Assembly (NCBI GenBank): GCA_964188305.1
Contig: OZ076887.1
DNA from: Podarcis bocagei
Taxonomy: Eukaryota
Direction: 5' to 3' (one strand)
Length of the DNA: 64,000 nt
The notes under the pieces: model-generated
The model's database searches: none
What the model saw: the letters and a program-made list of their open reading frames with translations, nothing else
What the model was told of the DNA's origin: nothing
Position numbers and translations under genes: made by a program
In this document: positions 1-12,496 of the stretch, in pieces
Layout: each line of letters starts with the position of its first letter
Numbering within the stretch: position 1 is the stretch's first letter

Positions 1-437
1 AAGCCGTGCTGTAATAGCTCCCTTTTGCTACTCTTATTCTTATAGCAGAGAACACTACAGGTTATATGGAACGCTCTTGGTTATATGGAACAGCACCTTC
101 CGCCCTCATATAATAAAGAACAAATAAGTGTAATCTTGATTTTTACATTTTAATTTATGGCCATGGTTTATAGGTGCCATTAAGTTTTATTGGAGGCAAC
201 ATTCACATAATATAGTAAAAGCTTTGTCAGCGTTTCCATTAGAGGCCATGCACTGCAAGAGTTTATTAACCAATTTAGGGAGTTGCACTCTTGAAAGCTG
301 AATATGGATGCTTTATATCCAGCATAAGAGTATTAGAGGAAGAACAGTGCTAGTTGTATTGGTATGAAAAAGGAGGGGGGAAACCGTCCAGAATCAGCTT
401 TAGTTTTTTAGGCTATTTCTTGGGAATTTTAAAATTA

Positions 438-594
438 CCGTATTTTTCCATGTATAAGACTATATTTTTTCCTAATTTTTTGAAGTTTAAAATAAGGGGT
501 CGTCTTATACACGGATAGTGCATTTTCTTAATTTTGGGTTAAAAAAAATAGGGGTCGTCATACATGGAGGCGTCTTATACACAGAAAAATACGG
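438..594. mobile_element. Tc1/mariner (pogo/Tc2-like) MITE
   Basis: Terminal inverted repeats (TIRs) CCGTATTTTTC..GTATAAGAC / GTCTTATAC..GAAAAATACGG; TA on both sides. Confidence 0.8.
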
Positions 595-1642
595 TAATCT
601 GCTTCTTTTAAAATTAAGCTAAACCACTGTAAATCTCAAACGTTCTGTGCTGTTAGAAACAAAGTTCACATTTATACACACACACACACACATATACATA
701 TATATATATATATGCATGCGCTTATCCTTAGGAGTGCTTCGGATGCAACAACATTTGAGGCAAATAGTGCTTTACTGGACGAAGTTCTTTGAAAATAAAA
801 TTCTTCAAGTTTGTCTGACAACCAGTTTCCGACAGCAATTGTCTGAAATCGCACTGTGACAATCGCTGCTGCCACTCTTGCGATTTGTTAACACATTCTG
901 CAGCAATTTGGCATTTTTCTTTAAGCCAAAGTACAGGAGTCAAAAAGATGAGGTTCACATTTCAGCTGTAAGCCTTTACAAGCTGTTATTCTAAAGACCC
1001 AAGACCATCGTTCATGCTTGGCTACCACAATCTGGCCGTACTGGCAATCCTGTCTTCCCTAAATCTTCTGCTGATTTTCCCGCCTGGGGAAAGGAAGAAG
1101 TGGTTAAAGTGAATTTGCTAGGCTCCCCTTTGGGGGAGGGGGGAGAGCACAATCGGAAGAGCTGGTTTTGATCTATAAAACCCGTACAGTGCAATTTTAT
1201 ATATGTCCAGTGAGAAGTAAGTCCCATCAAGCTTAATAGGACTTTTCCATAGGTGTGTGTATAGGACTGCAGCCTTAAAGATTTGAGGCGGCCATTGTAC
1301 CTAGCTATCAAGTGCCCCATCCGAGAACATGTAGGTCACCAAGAAAGGCATTCCTCACAATGAATAAGGAGAGCCAAGGTTCAAACACCTGGAGAAGGCA
1401 GGTCTGTTTGCAGTTAAACCTGCCGTGGTTGTCACATCCATTTTCCCTTTCTACAACGTGCTCTAAGTGGGATTGCTCATGGAAAGAACTCAGAAGCTTT
1501 AGCTGGTGCAAAATGCTGGGGCAGCTTTCCGAAGCATATTGCTCCAGCAGGCTGCAGAGCTTCCAGACAGGAGCAATTTGCATGTATTAACTCATGAATG
1601 CATGCTGGTTTGCATGAGTTAACCCATGAATGGCTTGGTACC

Positions 1643-2207
1643 TGCCATTCTGACTTGGTAGGTGTAATGTCACTCTTCCAATTCATTGCGACCAGAATCC
1701 TGGCTGCAGATGTTGCGTACATAAAGAGTAAGGTGAAAAGAGCAGGTAAAAATGGCAGAATACATCCAATGGCCAATAACGACGGGGAGAGTCAGAGCGT
1801 ACTCAATGCAAAGGGTGAATAAAGAATGGATAGTATTTAAAGAATATTAGAAAAACTACTATGATAGCAAAAATCTCCTGGCAGACCTTGAATGATTCTT
1901 GTAATGTATAGATAATAAACTAAAGAATTTTTCTCTGAAGGAAATTAAGGAAACAAAGTACAATAACATGATACTGTGTGAGAAATAACAAATGAGATTC
2001 AGTTTTTTTAGAACAATCGCAAGTTTATTTTATATTTCTTATCTTTATTCTTTCTTATCTTTATTTTTTCTTTTCTTTTTTCTTCTCCTCTATTTTTTGT
2101 TGTATTTTTCTTTTTTCCATGTAGTGTATGTGCATAAATTGTAACACGGTAAACTGTTGTGTAAAGATGTGTTGAACATTTAATGAAGATTTAAAAAATA
2201 ATAATAA
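1643..2207 (+). mobile_element. 5'-truncated L1-clade LINE with an inverted 5' segment
   Basis: 17-bp TSD ATGAATGGCTTGGTACC (1626-1642, 2208-2224); minus-strand ORF2 C-terminus FMYATSAARILVAMNWK..PTKSEWQ, then plus-strand KEWIVFKEY, 3'UTR and A-rich tail. Confidence 0.8.
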
Positions 2208-2601
2208 ATGAATGGCTTGGTACCAGGACCAACTATTCCCCCCTTAGAGACTGGTTTCACCATTAATCATTGGAGGCTTTGAACATCGTCTCTTTGCCTT
2301 CAGAGGAACCAAGACCTCTGAAGGTGTCAACTCCCTCATTTGGAAAGCCTGGTCAAGTTCACCTAGTCGGCTCCCTCTCTGGCAGTGTGTGAAATTCCCC
2401 TTGCTCTAGGCGCATTTTGGGACAGGGAATTTCCTTAGCGCAAGCAGTTTCTGAGCTCACCTAAGACTTCAGATTAAAACTGCAGAGTGGAAGGAAAGGA
2501 GGACCTTTTTCTGCCTCCCCACTTCCAGCTACTCTCCGAAGACTGGAGAAGAGACCCTCTTAAGAATATTAGGGGGCAGGCGGGCAGCGGAAAGACTAGA
2601 C

Positions 2602-2737
2602 CAGGCATAGGCAAACTCCAGCCATCCAGATGTTTGAGACTACAATTCCCATCATCTCTGACCCTGGTCCTGTTAGCTAGGGGGTGATGGGAATTGTAGT
2701 CCCAAACATCTGGAGGGCTGGAGTTTGCCTATGCCTG
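2602..2737. mobile_element. hAT-type palindromic MITE
   Basis: TIR CAGGCATAGGCAAACT; 8-bp TSD GACTAGAC. Confidence 0.85.
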
Positions 2738-4261
2738 GACTAGACCATGTGAAAAACCGACGTAAGATTTAGCTGCAGTTTGTTCGCTTTTGGCTTTGCA
2801 TACTTGTTGTAAAAAAGACAAGTCTAGACATTCTGTTGTTGCACCCGCAACCTAGGTTTAAGGTGCCATTTAGCTCCTGGCTTTCATATCTCAGTTTCTA
2901 ATGCTGTTCTTTGAGGAACTAGTTGTTTCAATCGTTCTGCTGCTGCTGAGGTTTGTTTTGCTGTTTCTCTCATTTCTTTTAGCTATCTGTAATTAATTAC
3001 ATTTCACTATCCCAATTTTATTGTGCATTGGGGGCGGGGGTTGCTGTAAGCTGCCTTGCTGTTGAACTGCAGGGGATACTATTTCCAAAAAAGAGAGAGA
3101 AAGAAATCATAAATGTGTTTTGTAAATACTGTTAAGACTATTCTATCTCTCTCTCTCTTTCTGAAAGACTGGGGAATGGTGGTAGTAGAGACCCACACAG
3201 CAAGCGGTGGCCCTTAGCCAAGTAGCCATCTTGTGTTCTCTCTCTCTCTCTGACACACACAACATTGCAAACCCAGAGGGGAAAGAGAAAAAGTGCAAGG
3301 AGTGGTTGCTGTAGATTTGTGACTAACTAGCTGGGCAGGGCTGCACGTTCCTTCCTCAAAGTAGACCTCCAGCAGCAATAAAAGAGGGTTCAAGATGTTT
3401 TCCTCTTTGATGATTTAAGAGGATATATTTATGCTGCTTTTATATAAAAACGCTATTATTGCTTCAGGAGGAAGGCAGTCTATAATTAAAATAAATGTTC
3501 TAACAAGCCACCAAGAACAGAATGCAAGGAACACCTAGGTTTTCCTGAGTATTTGCAAGCTGCTGTAGACTTTAATGTGAAGGGCAAGAACATATCCAGC
3601 ATAGCATAATTTAAAGAGCAGAAGCCTAATTAAAGTCTTTGATAGTTATCTAAAGTTTGCAGTGTGCTTCAAACTAACGATCTATTACACTCTCAAGTAT
3701 CCTGTGTGGGAGGTAGGAAGGTATACAAAATAGCTGGATAAGAAATTACACAGAGTTATAGCTGCCCCTCAGGGAGATGCAGTCTTCTAAATGAATTTGT
3801 GTAACAAAGAAATACAGGGATTCAAAGAATCTGAGAACTGAGGCCCATGGTGGTGCATTTTTTACTCATGTCAAAAGTGAACAGATTCAGACGCTGCTGT
3901 GATAAACATTAATGACAAAAAATGGGATTATTCCTACTTATATTATGAAACCAGCAGGACTGATGAACAATGACTCCATGAGGATATGTTTAAAGGCAAA
4001 AACACTGCCTACTATAACCAAAATAAAGTCACTAAGTGATTTGTTTTCTTTTTTTTAGATACAGAATTCAACCAGGATTATTATTACTTAACTCATTCAA
4101 GTAAACCCATGGCTTAAGCTTACTCCGAATGATATTTTTTAAAAAACTAAACCACCTCCCGGCATCCTTAAATCCACCTCACAGATACCTGAGGTAAAAG
4201 TCACATTTTCACTGAGGTTTTTGAAAAGGAAATAAACAGTAAGCGTGTCTCCTAAGCACTA

Positions 4262-4508
4262 GGGTCAGGGCAATATCTGGTTTTCAACACTGTGATATAT
4301 CACCAGCTAAACATCGTGCTATATTCACGATGTCTGAAATATGGATGGAGCTATGTAGAGGCACTGGTGGGCTTCACGTTTTTTCCTGCATCGTGATTTT
4401 TGCACGCACGCACAGACAAGACATCATGATTCACAATATATTGCCAGGCTCAAAATTATGAAACTGATATCGCAATATCGACTTCAAACGATGCATACCA
4501 CCCAGCCA
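4262..4508. mobile_element. Non-autonomous DNA transposon (MITE); same family as the host element at 53537-54320
   Basis: GATAT-rich internal repeats; reverse-complement similarity to the flanks of the LINE at 53708-54219. Confidence 0.55.
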
Positions 4509-4944
4509 CACTGACCACTGAGACTTACTCCCAATCAACACCCTGTGTTGATTTTAATCACATGAGCAAGGCAGCACAGGGGCAGACTGACAACCACTGG
4601 ATTTAGAGACCTGATTTCCCAGGGCTGCAAAAGCAGAGGATGCTCCCCGCTTCAGCAAACTGTCCTTTGAATCATGGAGGGTTGTAAAGATTGGCAAAGG
4701 AGATGTGCTGAAGTGTGATGGCAATCACACGGGCCAGCTTTCCCCGACCTGGTGCCCTCCAGATGTTTTGGACTACAACTCCCATAAGCCGCAGCTAGCA
4801 TGGCCAATGATGAGAAATAGCTGACTGCAGTTCAGAACAGCTGGAGGTTAGGGAAGACTGCCAAAGGCTAATGGTCTGATTTGAACACTACCACCACCAA
4901 CAACCACATGGATTCTCTGTGTTACCTGTTTTAAGCAGCTGGAG

Positions 4945-5071
4945 TCATGCTGGCCACATGACCCAGAAAACTGTCCACTTTCCCTCGGCCTGAAAGTGAG
5001 ATGAACGCCGCAACCCCAGAGTCGCATTTGACTGGATTTAACCATCCAGGGGTCCTTTATCTTTACCTTTA
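4945..5071 (+). mobile_element. Sauria SINE 3' fragment
   Basis: GTCATGCTGGCCACATGACC..GAGATGA.CGCCGCAACCCC..GGGGTCCTTTATCTTTACCTTTA tail. Confidence 0.8.
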
Positions 5072-5280
5072 CAGTGGTACCTCTGGTTACAAACTTAATT
5101 CGTTCTGGAGGTCCATTCTTAACCTGAAACTGTTCTTAACCTGAGGTACCACTTTAGCTAATGGGGCCTCCCGCTGCTACTGTGCCACCGGCACACGATT
5201 TCTGTCCTCATCCTGGGACAAAGTTCTTAACCCAAGGTACTACTTCCAGGATAGCGGAGCCTGTAACCCAAGGTGTTTGT
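5072..5280. mobile_element. Tc1/mariner (Tigger-like) MITE, right end missing
   Basis: Starts TA|CAGTGGTACCTC; body matches 60516-60757. Confidence 0.75.
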
Positions 5281-6500
5281 GCCATTTACTAGTCCAAGAC
5301 AACAAACACAGTGTGAGCTCCACTGTACAGGAACTTGTGTTTTGCTTAAATTACTTGGCAAGGCTCTGTGTACGGTGATAGCAGGGTATCAACAACATTA
5401 TTACATAATAACAGTTTGGCTCTGGAGTTAAGCTGGCCCAAGCTGATTTCCCCGCTCTTTATCTTCACAGCAGCTGTCCCCCCCTTCTCTCCTGAGCTTC
5501 ACAAGCTGCAGTGTACCCACTTCAAAACGTGGCCCCAAACCTCAGCGCAACATTTTCAGGGGACTAGAAAGCTGCCATGGGAAGGAATGTATGGGACTGC
5601 TTGCTTCTGGCAGCCCTAATGCACACACTTAACTCCGGATCTGACCCATGTCATTTTTCAATTCATTTTTGATATGATGATGTGAAAGAACAGGGAAGCG
5701 GAAGATATAGTCAAATCAGCTTCATCCAATTTCTCCAAGTTAAAGTTTGATCAAATATTTACCTTTGCTAGCCAACAAAACAAAACAAAAAACGTAATTT
5801 GATCCAGCATCAGAACCATTGCACAGTGAAGTTGTGGGCAGGATTTGAAATATAAGCAGTGAATTACTGAAAGTACTAATGAGAGTGAAGTTTACATAAT
5901 AAAAACAGATCTATTGCAAAACAGCTAAAAAACAAACATAAAGAAAGGAGGGGTGGAAAGTCAAGAAGAAATAATAATAAATTATTATTATGTTTGGAGA
6001 AAACTATATATGATGATAAATGTCTTGGAATATTTTTTTGAGATTTAACAACAATGATACATATATTTAAAAAGAAGCTTTACACAGTATAGCATCAGTT
6101 CACTAATACGATGCAACAGGATTAAAGATGGACTGCAAGTAAAACCTACGTTTTTTTATAGGATATAGAATACATTTTGTTTGCACAGAAAGGATATCTG
6201 TTTTTTGTATTTGACACGGGTTAAAGTGGGATTTAATACTAACATCTGACTAGGTGGTAACTGTACTCTCGCTGGGGTGTATTCTACTTGTGTTGGAAGG
6301 GCTGTGTGTGAAATCCCAAATTATATCTAAATTGAAATCAATCAATCTGTATTTATCTAGAAAGGAAGGTTGCAATGATGCAATATATGAAGCTTCACTG
6401 AAGACAGGATCTTTGAGTAAAGTCCTTGAAGAAATCCCCCATAAAGCTGGACACCTTCAACATAAAACATGGATAAATTTCATTACAGCTTTTATTTTAC

Positions 6501-6614
6501 CTGCAACCTTCAGCAAATTTGCAAGTCCCAAGAGCTTGGCAGATTGCTTGTAGCTTGTTGGCAGCTGCAGGAGACATTCCTTGATAAGGCTGAGTCGATC
6601 AGAGCACAGGCGCA
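6501..6614 (-). CDS. NBAS: NBAS coding exon (~32, 114 bp); the gene continues beyond the window start
   Basis: tag|RLCSDRLSLIKECLLQLPTSYKQSAKLLGLANLLKVA(G)|gtaaaa. Confidence 0.96.
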
Positions 6615-6799
6615 CTAGTAAGAAAATACATTATATTAAGTGGCAATGTCACAAAAGACGGTGCATTTTTTTATGAAGGCAGGAAAAAGTTAAGTGCACA
6701 TGCAAGCTACATACGCAAATATTACAAACTTCCTGGAAGGGGCGATATCTGGGTTTAAAGGTCCACTGCAACTGAATGCATTCACTCATTGGGGCGGGA

Positions 6800-7155
6800 G
6801 GGAGAGAAGTTTTAAACAGTATCTCCAGTGCTTAAGTTTCTTCAATCAATGGACTGACAATATGAAAACACTCGCAACTCATGACATAGGCTTTATTTGG
6901 ATAAATAAGACAAAATTTGGAATGTTTATACAGAATGTAGTAGGCTTTTAATAGCATCTTTAATAAAAACATTTTTTAAAAAGCCTATGTATTAGGATAA
7001 TAACATCATATATATTTATATAATAATGTATGGGAGTATATTACACTGCTTTTTTGTATACTGTTTCTTTCTGCACACTTTTGTTCTTTTTTCTTTTCGT
7101 TTTTTCTTTGTTACGCTTTATTTTATAATAGAAATTCTTTCAATAAAATATTAAT
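6800..7155 (+). mobile_element. Degenerate L1-like 3' end
   Basis: ORF2-tail-like QWTDNMKTLA.., T-rich 3'UTR and AATAAA near 7142; boundaries approximate. Confidence 0.4.
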
Positions 7156-8108
7156 ACACTTTGAAAGTGTTTTGTTTCTTATGCTGCAGATATGCCCCAA
7201 GAAATATTTTAGCGGGGAAATCTCAATTTAATTAGTTTTTATTAAGGTTGTGTGTGTGTGTGTGTGTTACAAAGCAAACAGAGAATCTCCATTTAGATAG
7301 AGGACATCATCACTGATGTGCAAAGGTTGGTCATTTAACAAGATGGAGAACATTCAAACCTGTGCATGCCTCCACTCTGGGGTGGTACAGCCCAGACACA
7401 GGTCTACCACCTCACTGAGAAAGAGGCCTCTGTGTCTGGGAATGAAAAGCTGGTTCCTTTACCTCCCCTTAGTTCAGATCACTACAAATTCAAATGCAAG
7501 AAGCAGCACAAATTATTCTGTGCACTCTACGAAGAACAACTCATGCTTAAAAGTGGCTTTCCAAGTCAAGAAAGTTTTAGCTTAAAGCATTAGGAACCCA
7601 CAGGCAGCTTTTTCGCCCATTTTAGCTCCTGCGTGGTAGTCTTTAAAGTGTTCAAAACATAATGGATGCAATTATTTGAGAATCAGACCCTGTCCCCTTT
7701 TCGGGACCCACTTCATCCGCCGTTATATAGCCATGTGCTTGTGTGCACATTCATGACATAAAAGGTACTTTTTCTGAAATAAATTGCAGCATTAGTCGTT
7801 CTCAGGTGACAGAAGGATCACGAAGTAACTTGACAGTGCACTTTAATGTCTCAAGGGGGGGGGGGGGAATAGACAGCAGAAAGCTGTACCAGCACTGAAG
7901 AATTCACAGTTGACTGGCATGGTGTGGCAAAGACAAAATGGCAGGTTGCAGGGAATGAACTATGAAGCAGGAAATGGCAAAGTGGAACCAACCCTGATAC
8001 ACCCTCAAGCAAGCATTTAGGATAGCAGTTGTCTGTAATCCATGGACAACATCCAAAATGTAATTTGGCTAATGGAAGAGGCTTGAGTTAGTTTGAAAGG
8101 GGAGGAAG

Positions 8109-8242
8109 NNNNNNNNNNNNNNNNNNNNNNNNNNNNNNNNNNNNNNNNNNNNNNNNNNNNNNNNNNNNNNNNNNNNNNNNNNNNNNNNNNNNNNNNNNNN
8201 NNNNNNNNNNNNNNNNNNNNNNNNNNNNNNNNNNNNNNNNNN
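8109..8242. other. Assembly gap (N run)
   Basis: 134 consecutive N. Confidence 1.
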
Positions 8243-10344
8243 TGACCATTAATTGAAGATTTGCTGGTATTGTCTTCACTCTTTCAGTCCTGCTTATGAG
8301 CTTTGTCTCTGCTAACCTCATGATTTAACTGTACCTCATGCCACTGAATGGCAAACACACAGAAATACTGAAGCTTTTCGGCCGAGGTAAAACCCCAGCA
8401 ATGAGAGCCAAACAAGAAACTAATAAGCCATCAACATCATTTGTATGCCACTTTCCCACAAAATTGTGCCCAAAGTGGCTCACAACATCTCAGGTGATCA
8501 ATTAAGTAAAACGGTTTTTTAAAAAAATGCATATTAGAAACAATTAGAAAGAATAATATAAATCAATTAAAAGATTTAAATAATAATCCATGCACGTTTT
8601 ATTTGAATGCATAATTCAATTTCACACTATCCCTGGCTGCCCTCAGTGCTCAAGAAGCCGTATATGAGACAGGGTTGCTGTGTTCTGGTGAAATATCCCA
8701 GTACCAATGGTTTGGAAAGAGCACAAACTTGCAGTGCGTCATCTTCTATATATCTGATTAGGGTTAAGGCTTTTCTGTGAAGGATTAATCAGAACTGTGC
8801 GAGGAACACGTGCCTCAGGGAGAATCCAGGTTTCAAATGAAAGACCTGATCCATGAAGGCTTTTACTAAAGTGTCTTGCTGAAGGGCATCAGATCAGGGG
8901 TGAAGCTATTGAACATAACAGCTGTCAAATTGAGCATATTAACTCACTGGGTGGTTTTACCTAGTTTTACTTACTTACTTATTTACTTACTAAGTTTTAC
9001 TTAGAGTAGCCCCACTGAAATTAATGCACATAACTTAGTCATGTTCATTAACTTCAATGAGTCTACTTTGCGTAAAACTTAGCTGGAGACCAACCACTGT
9101 GTACTATTTCTTATTCAAGCCCGTTTACAATGTTTGCTTCCAGCGGGCAGAATTAAATATCTAAAAACAGGTTGACTTGATTGAAACAAATAGGTGCACA
9201 TTCAAAACCGAATAAGAGAATACTTTTAAGAAACACCAGACTCAAAATTCAGCACTCGATTCTAGTCCTTTACTTGCATATTCTGAACATGGTTTGGACT
9301 TTTAAAGGGTAGACGTAAAATACCACAAAAGCTTTATGTAATACATAACTGTGTTGTTTTTTTAAAAAATAAAAAATGTGTGGACTATTCATCCAGTTTC
9401 TAGCAGTACAAATCCATTAACACAACAGTGAAGACAGGAGGGTCACAGGAGTTGAATGCAGGATAGCACCTGTGAAATATGTCAGTTGTCATAAGGCTGT
9501 TATGATTTATAAAATAAAAATAGAGTTTTATTGGGCAGTAAAGCATGGGAATAAAAGAGATCAATAAAAGCCCAAGTTCTGGAGGCACCTTCAAACAGCA
9601 GTAAAAGCCTCCTTCCAAACATAACTAAATTGTTACTGCAAAGCCGTGATGTGCAATGGACGTCTTACGGGTTATGATAACTATTTTGAGTTAATCTTCT
9701 TGGCACATGTGCTTTGACAAAATAATAAAATAGAAAGGCCCATTTGTCCACTCCCTAGGCCTAGACTCAAGATGAAGATCAATAAACCTCCCAACCAGGC
9801 TATTGTCAGAATGACCAAGCGTTTCAAAGCACTGTTGCAGAGATTACTAGTAAAGAGATTATGTTAATCATAATAGCACAACAGCAGCACAAGCAGGGGA
9901 TGAGTGAAGAAACTATACATTAAGTGTGCATGTGTGTATTTAAAAGGGAAGCAATTGTGGGTGCAAGCCAACCAAAATGATTTAAACAGGAAAAATTGAT
10001 GCATAACTCTTTAATAAAATCCAATGAGACTTTAAAATGTTTCTCTTGAACTGGATTATACCTGATGCAAGCAATTTATTAAAAAATGCTGTAAGGAAAA
10101 TTGATGATAGAAGATGTTGCATATGTAGAGCTTTTTATAAGCCAGAACTTTCCGGAACTCAGTTCTGGCACCTCTCAGGTGGGCGCCGTTGTCATTTTAA
10201 GAGAACAAAGGAGGTGTTCATGGTGAGTTCTGACACCTTTTTTTCTAGAAAAACAGCATTGTGTACATGGTACATATAAATGTGAAGATTTGAAACTATA
10301 TAACTAGCATTCAAGACATTTCAACAAACCCTATCACACCCTAC

Positions 10345-10457
10345 CTTGTAATGGCAAGATTTTCACACCAAATTCTTCAAGATAGCTAAGAGCACGGATA
10401 AGATCCAACTCCTCTTGGACAACAGGTGGGCAGTCTGTAATAAGCTGTAAGCAGGAT
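10345..10457 (-). CDS. NBAS: NBAS coding exon (~31, 113 bp)
   Basis: aag|SCLQLITDCPPVVQEELDLIRALSYLEEFGVKILPLQ(V)|gtaggg. Confidence 0.96.
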
Positions 10458-11662
10458 CTTAGAAGAAAAAAAATAAATGTTTAATGATTTCAAACAGCTT
10501 TCCCAATTAGTCAAAAAGAAGCATCTTCATTATATAAGGCCAGTGTGATAAACATGCAACACGAAACTATGGTTTGTTGCTATGCACAGAAACCTCAAGA
10601 GCATGCACTGGTGAAGCATTACAATGGGTCCAAAGTGGTGGGTCTATTATAAAGGCTTAAAAATTTGCCACTTGATATAATGTGATCCCCTTTATAACCC
10701 CGTATTTCTTTGCAGATGCATTTTTTTAATTGTAAATAATATCAATTTATCAATGGCCAAAGCTAAGCACTTTACATGCCAAAAGAAAGAAGCTTTGTAC
10801 TTAGCAAGCAATTACTTTGTACATGAATGAAGTAGGAGGAAAAATAAAATTCATTTGGCATAGGTTCATAATTTTCCCCCCTCCAAGTGAAACTCTAGTG
10901 GAATTGCATGACTGCACAGTTCAGCAAATGTAACTCTTCTGCTATAAAGGCAAGAAACATACTAATATTAAGAAAGTGAAGGTTGCTATTAACAGCTGAA
11001 CTATAACACCTAAATTATTCAATTAAAATTGTTTAGGTGCTTTAGATATCTTTCTGGGGCTGATGTGGGGATGTGCTAACTTTTAAAATGTTAAAAATTA
11101 ATCCTTAAATTTTCTACTCCCAGATTTGATTTGATTTTTAAATACGCCTTGTAATTGTGTGCTGATCTTATCAATGAGAAGAAACCATTCTGAAATGATT
11201 GCCACTTAAATGAAAGCATCACTAGAAAATTGTTAATGCTAGATAATGAAGCAGAGAGCTTTCATCTGAGCTAAGGTGGTAACCGTCCCTCCTAACAACA
11301 AAAAACATCAACAGTGAATAACAATTATTTCAATTAAAGCAGCTTTCTCATGGAATCTATGATGGACAGTGAAGGCACATCTTGCTCCAGGAGGTACAAT
11401 TGAAACCTCTGCTGAAACAAAAGGGGGGGAAGGACTTCATTTTAGCCAAGAAAGGTTTGCACAGACACTCCAAACAGGATTCAATACCCTGACCATCAGC
11501 TATCAATTGTGCTTTCATGCATCCACGTCTCGGCCAACTGCACACCTCAAAGGTGGGTATGATTTTGAAGGGAAAGTCTGTTGAGTAAAACAAGGAGGCC
11601 TGGCGGACAAAACTTGGCACATAAGCCAAAGGTCCCTGCTGCCTCCTTCAACAAAACAAACA

Positions 11663-11911
11663 CAGTTGTACCTTGGAAGTTGAACAGAATCCGTTCCGGA
11701 AGTCCGTTCGACTTCCAGAACGTTTGGAAACCAAAGTGCGGCTTCTGATTGCCTGCAGAGAGCTCCTGCAGCCAATCAGAAGCCGCGGAAGCCCCATCGG
11801 ACGTTTGGCTTCCAAAAATAGTCCGCAAACCCAACAGTCACTTTCAGGTTTGCAGCATTCGGGAGCCAAAACGTTTGAGCACTAAGCTGTTCGAAAACCA
11901 AGGTACGACTG
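11663..11911. mobile_element. Tc1/mariner MITE; same family as 25779-26019, opposite orientation
   Basis: TIRs CAGTTGTACCTTGG / CCAAGGTACGACTG, followed by TA. Confidence 0.8.
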
Positions 11912-12266
11912 TATTCATTTTCGTCCCTTGAACTTCTACGGGCCTTACAGCAAACATCTTGGTTTTTCATAGCTGTAATGGTTACATACGTAGAATAATT
12001 TCCACTTCCAAAACCATTCTTTAGTATTTGCAGATTGGTGCTGGTGCCTGCATTTCATGATGAGCCAAGCATAATCTAGGCAAAAGACATATTACCTCAT
12101 TCTAATTGCACCAGGGACTAATTAGTAAGAACAAGTTGCCTTAGAAATGCTTGAACATCGAAGGAAAGCACTCAAGTATGCAAAAGAGTACAAAATCATA
12201 AAAGATCTGCCTTTCTAAGCAAATACCAAAGGCTAAAAGATTGGGGGGGGGGTGAATAAAATGTAC

Positions 12267-12496
12267 CTGGCCAGATCCATGCATGTATCAGTTAGACTGG
12301 TTGAAGAATTGAAGTATTCTCTGCTAGCAGCCAAAACCAATTCAATGCTTTTCTCATAGCAAACTCTGTACTGTGGTTTTCCTTTAGAAGCAACACTGAC
12401 AGGGGGGTCTATTGACCAAACACTGCAGTGCATCATTTGCCCAGCTAAATGGATGTTCTCCAGTCGACTTGAACACAGAAGACTTTCTGTAAAGAT
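12267..12496 (-). CDS. NBAS: NBAS coding exon (~30, 230 bp)
   Basis: aag|IFTESLLCSSRLENIHLAGQMMHCSVWSIDPPVSVASKGKPQYRVCYEKSIELVLAASREYFNSSTSLTDTCMDLA(R)|gtacat; Sec39-domain region. Confidence 0.97.

Noticed and set aside
1-6500. Searched for the next NBAS exon (GENPEERRGQVLILL-like)
   Set aside because: No matching sequence seen; it is presumably beyond the window start.
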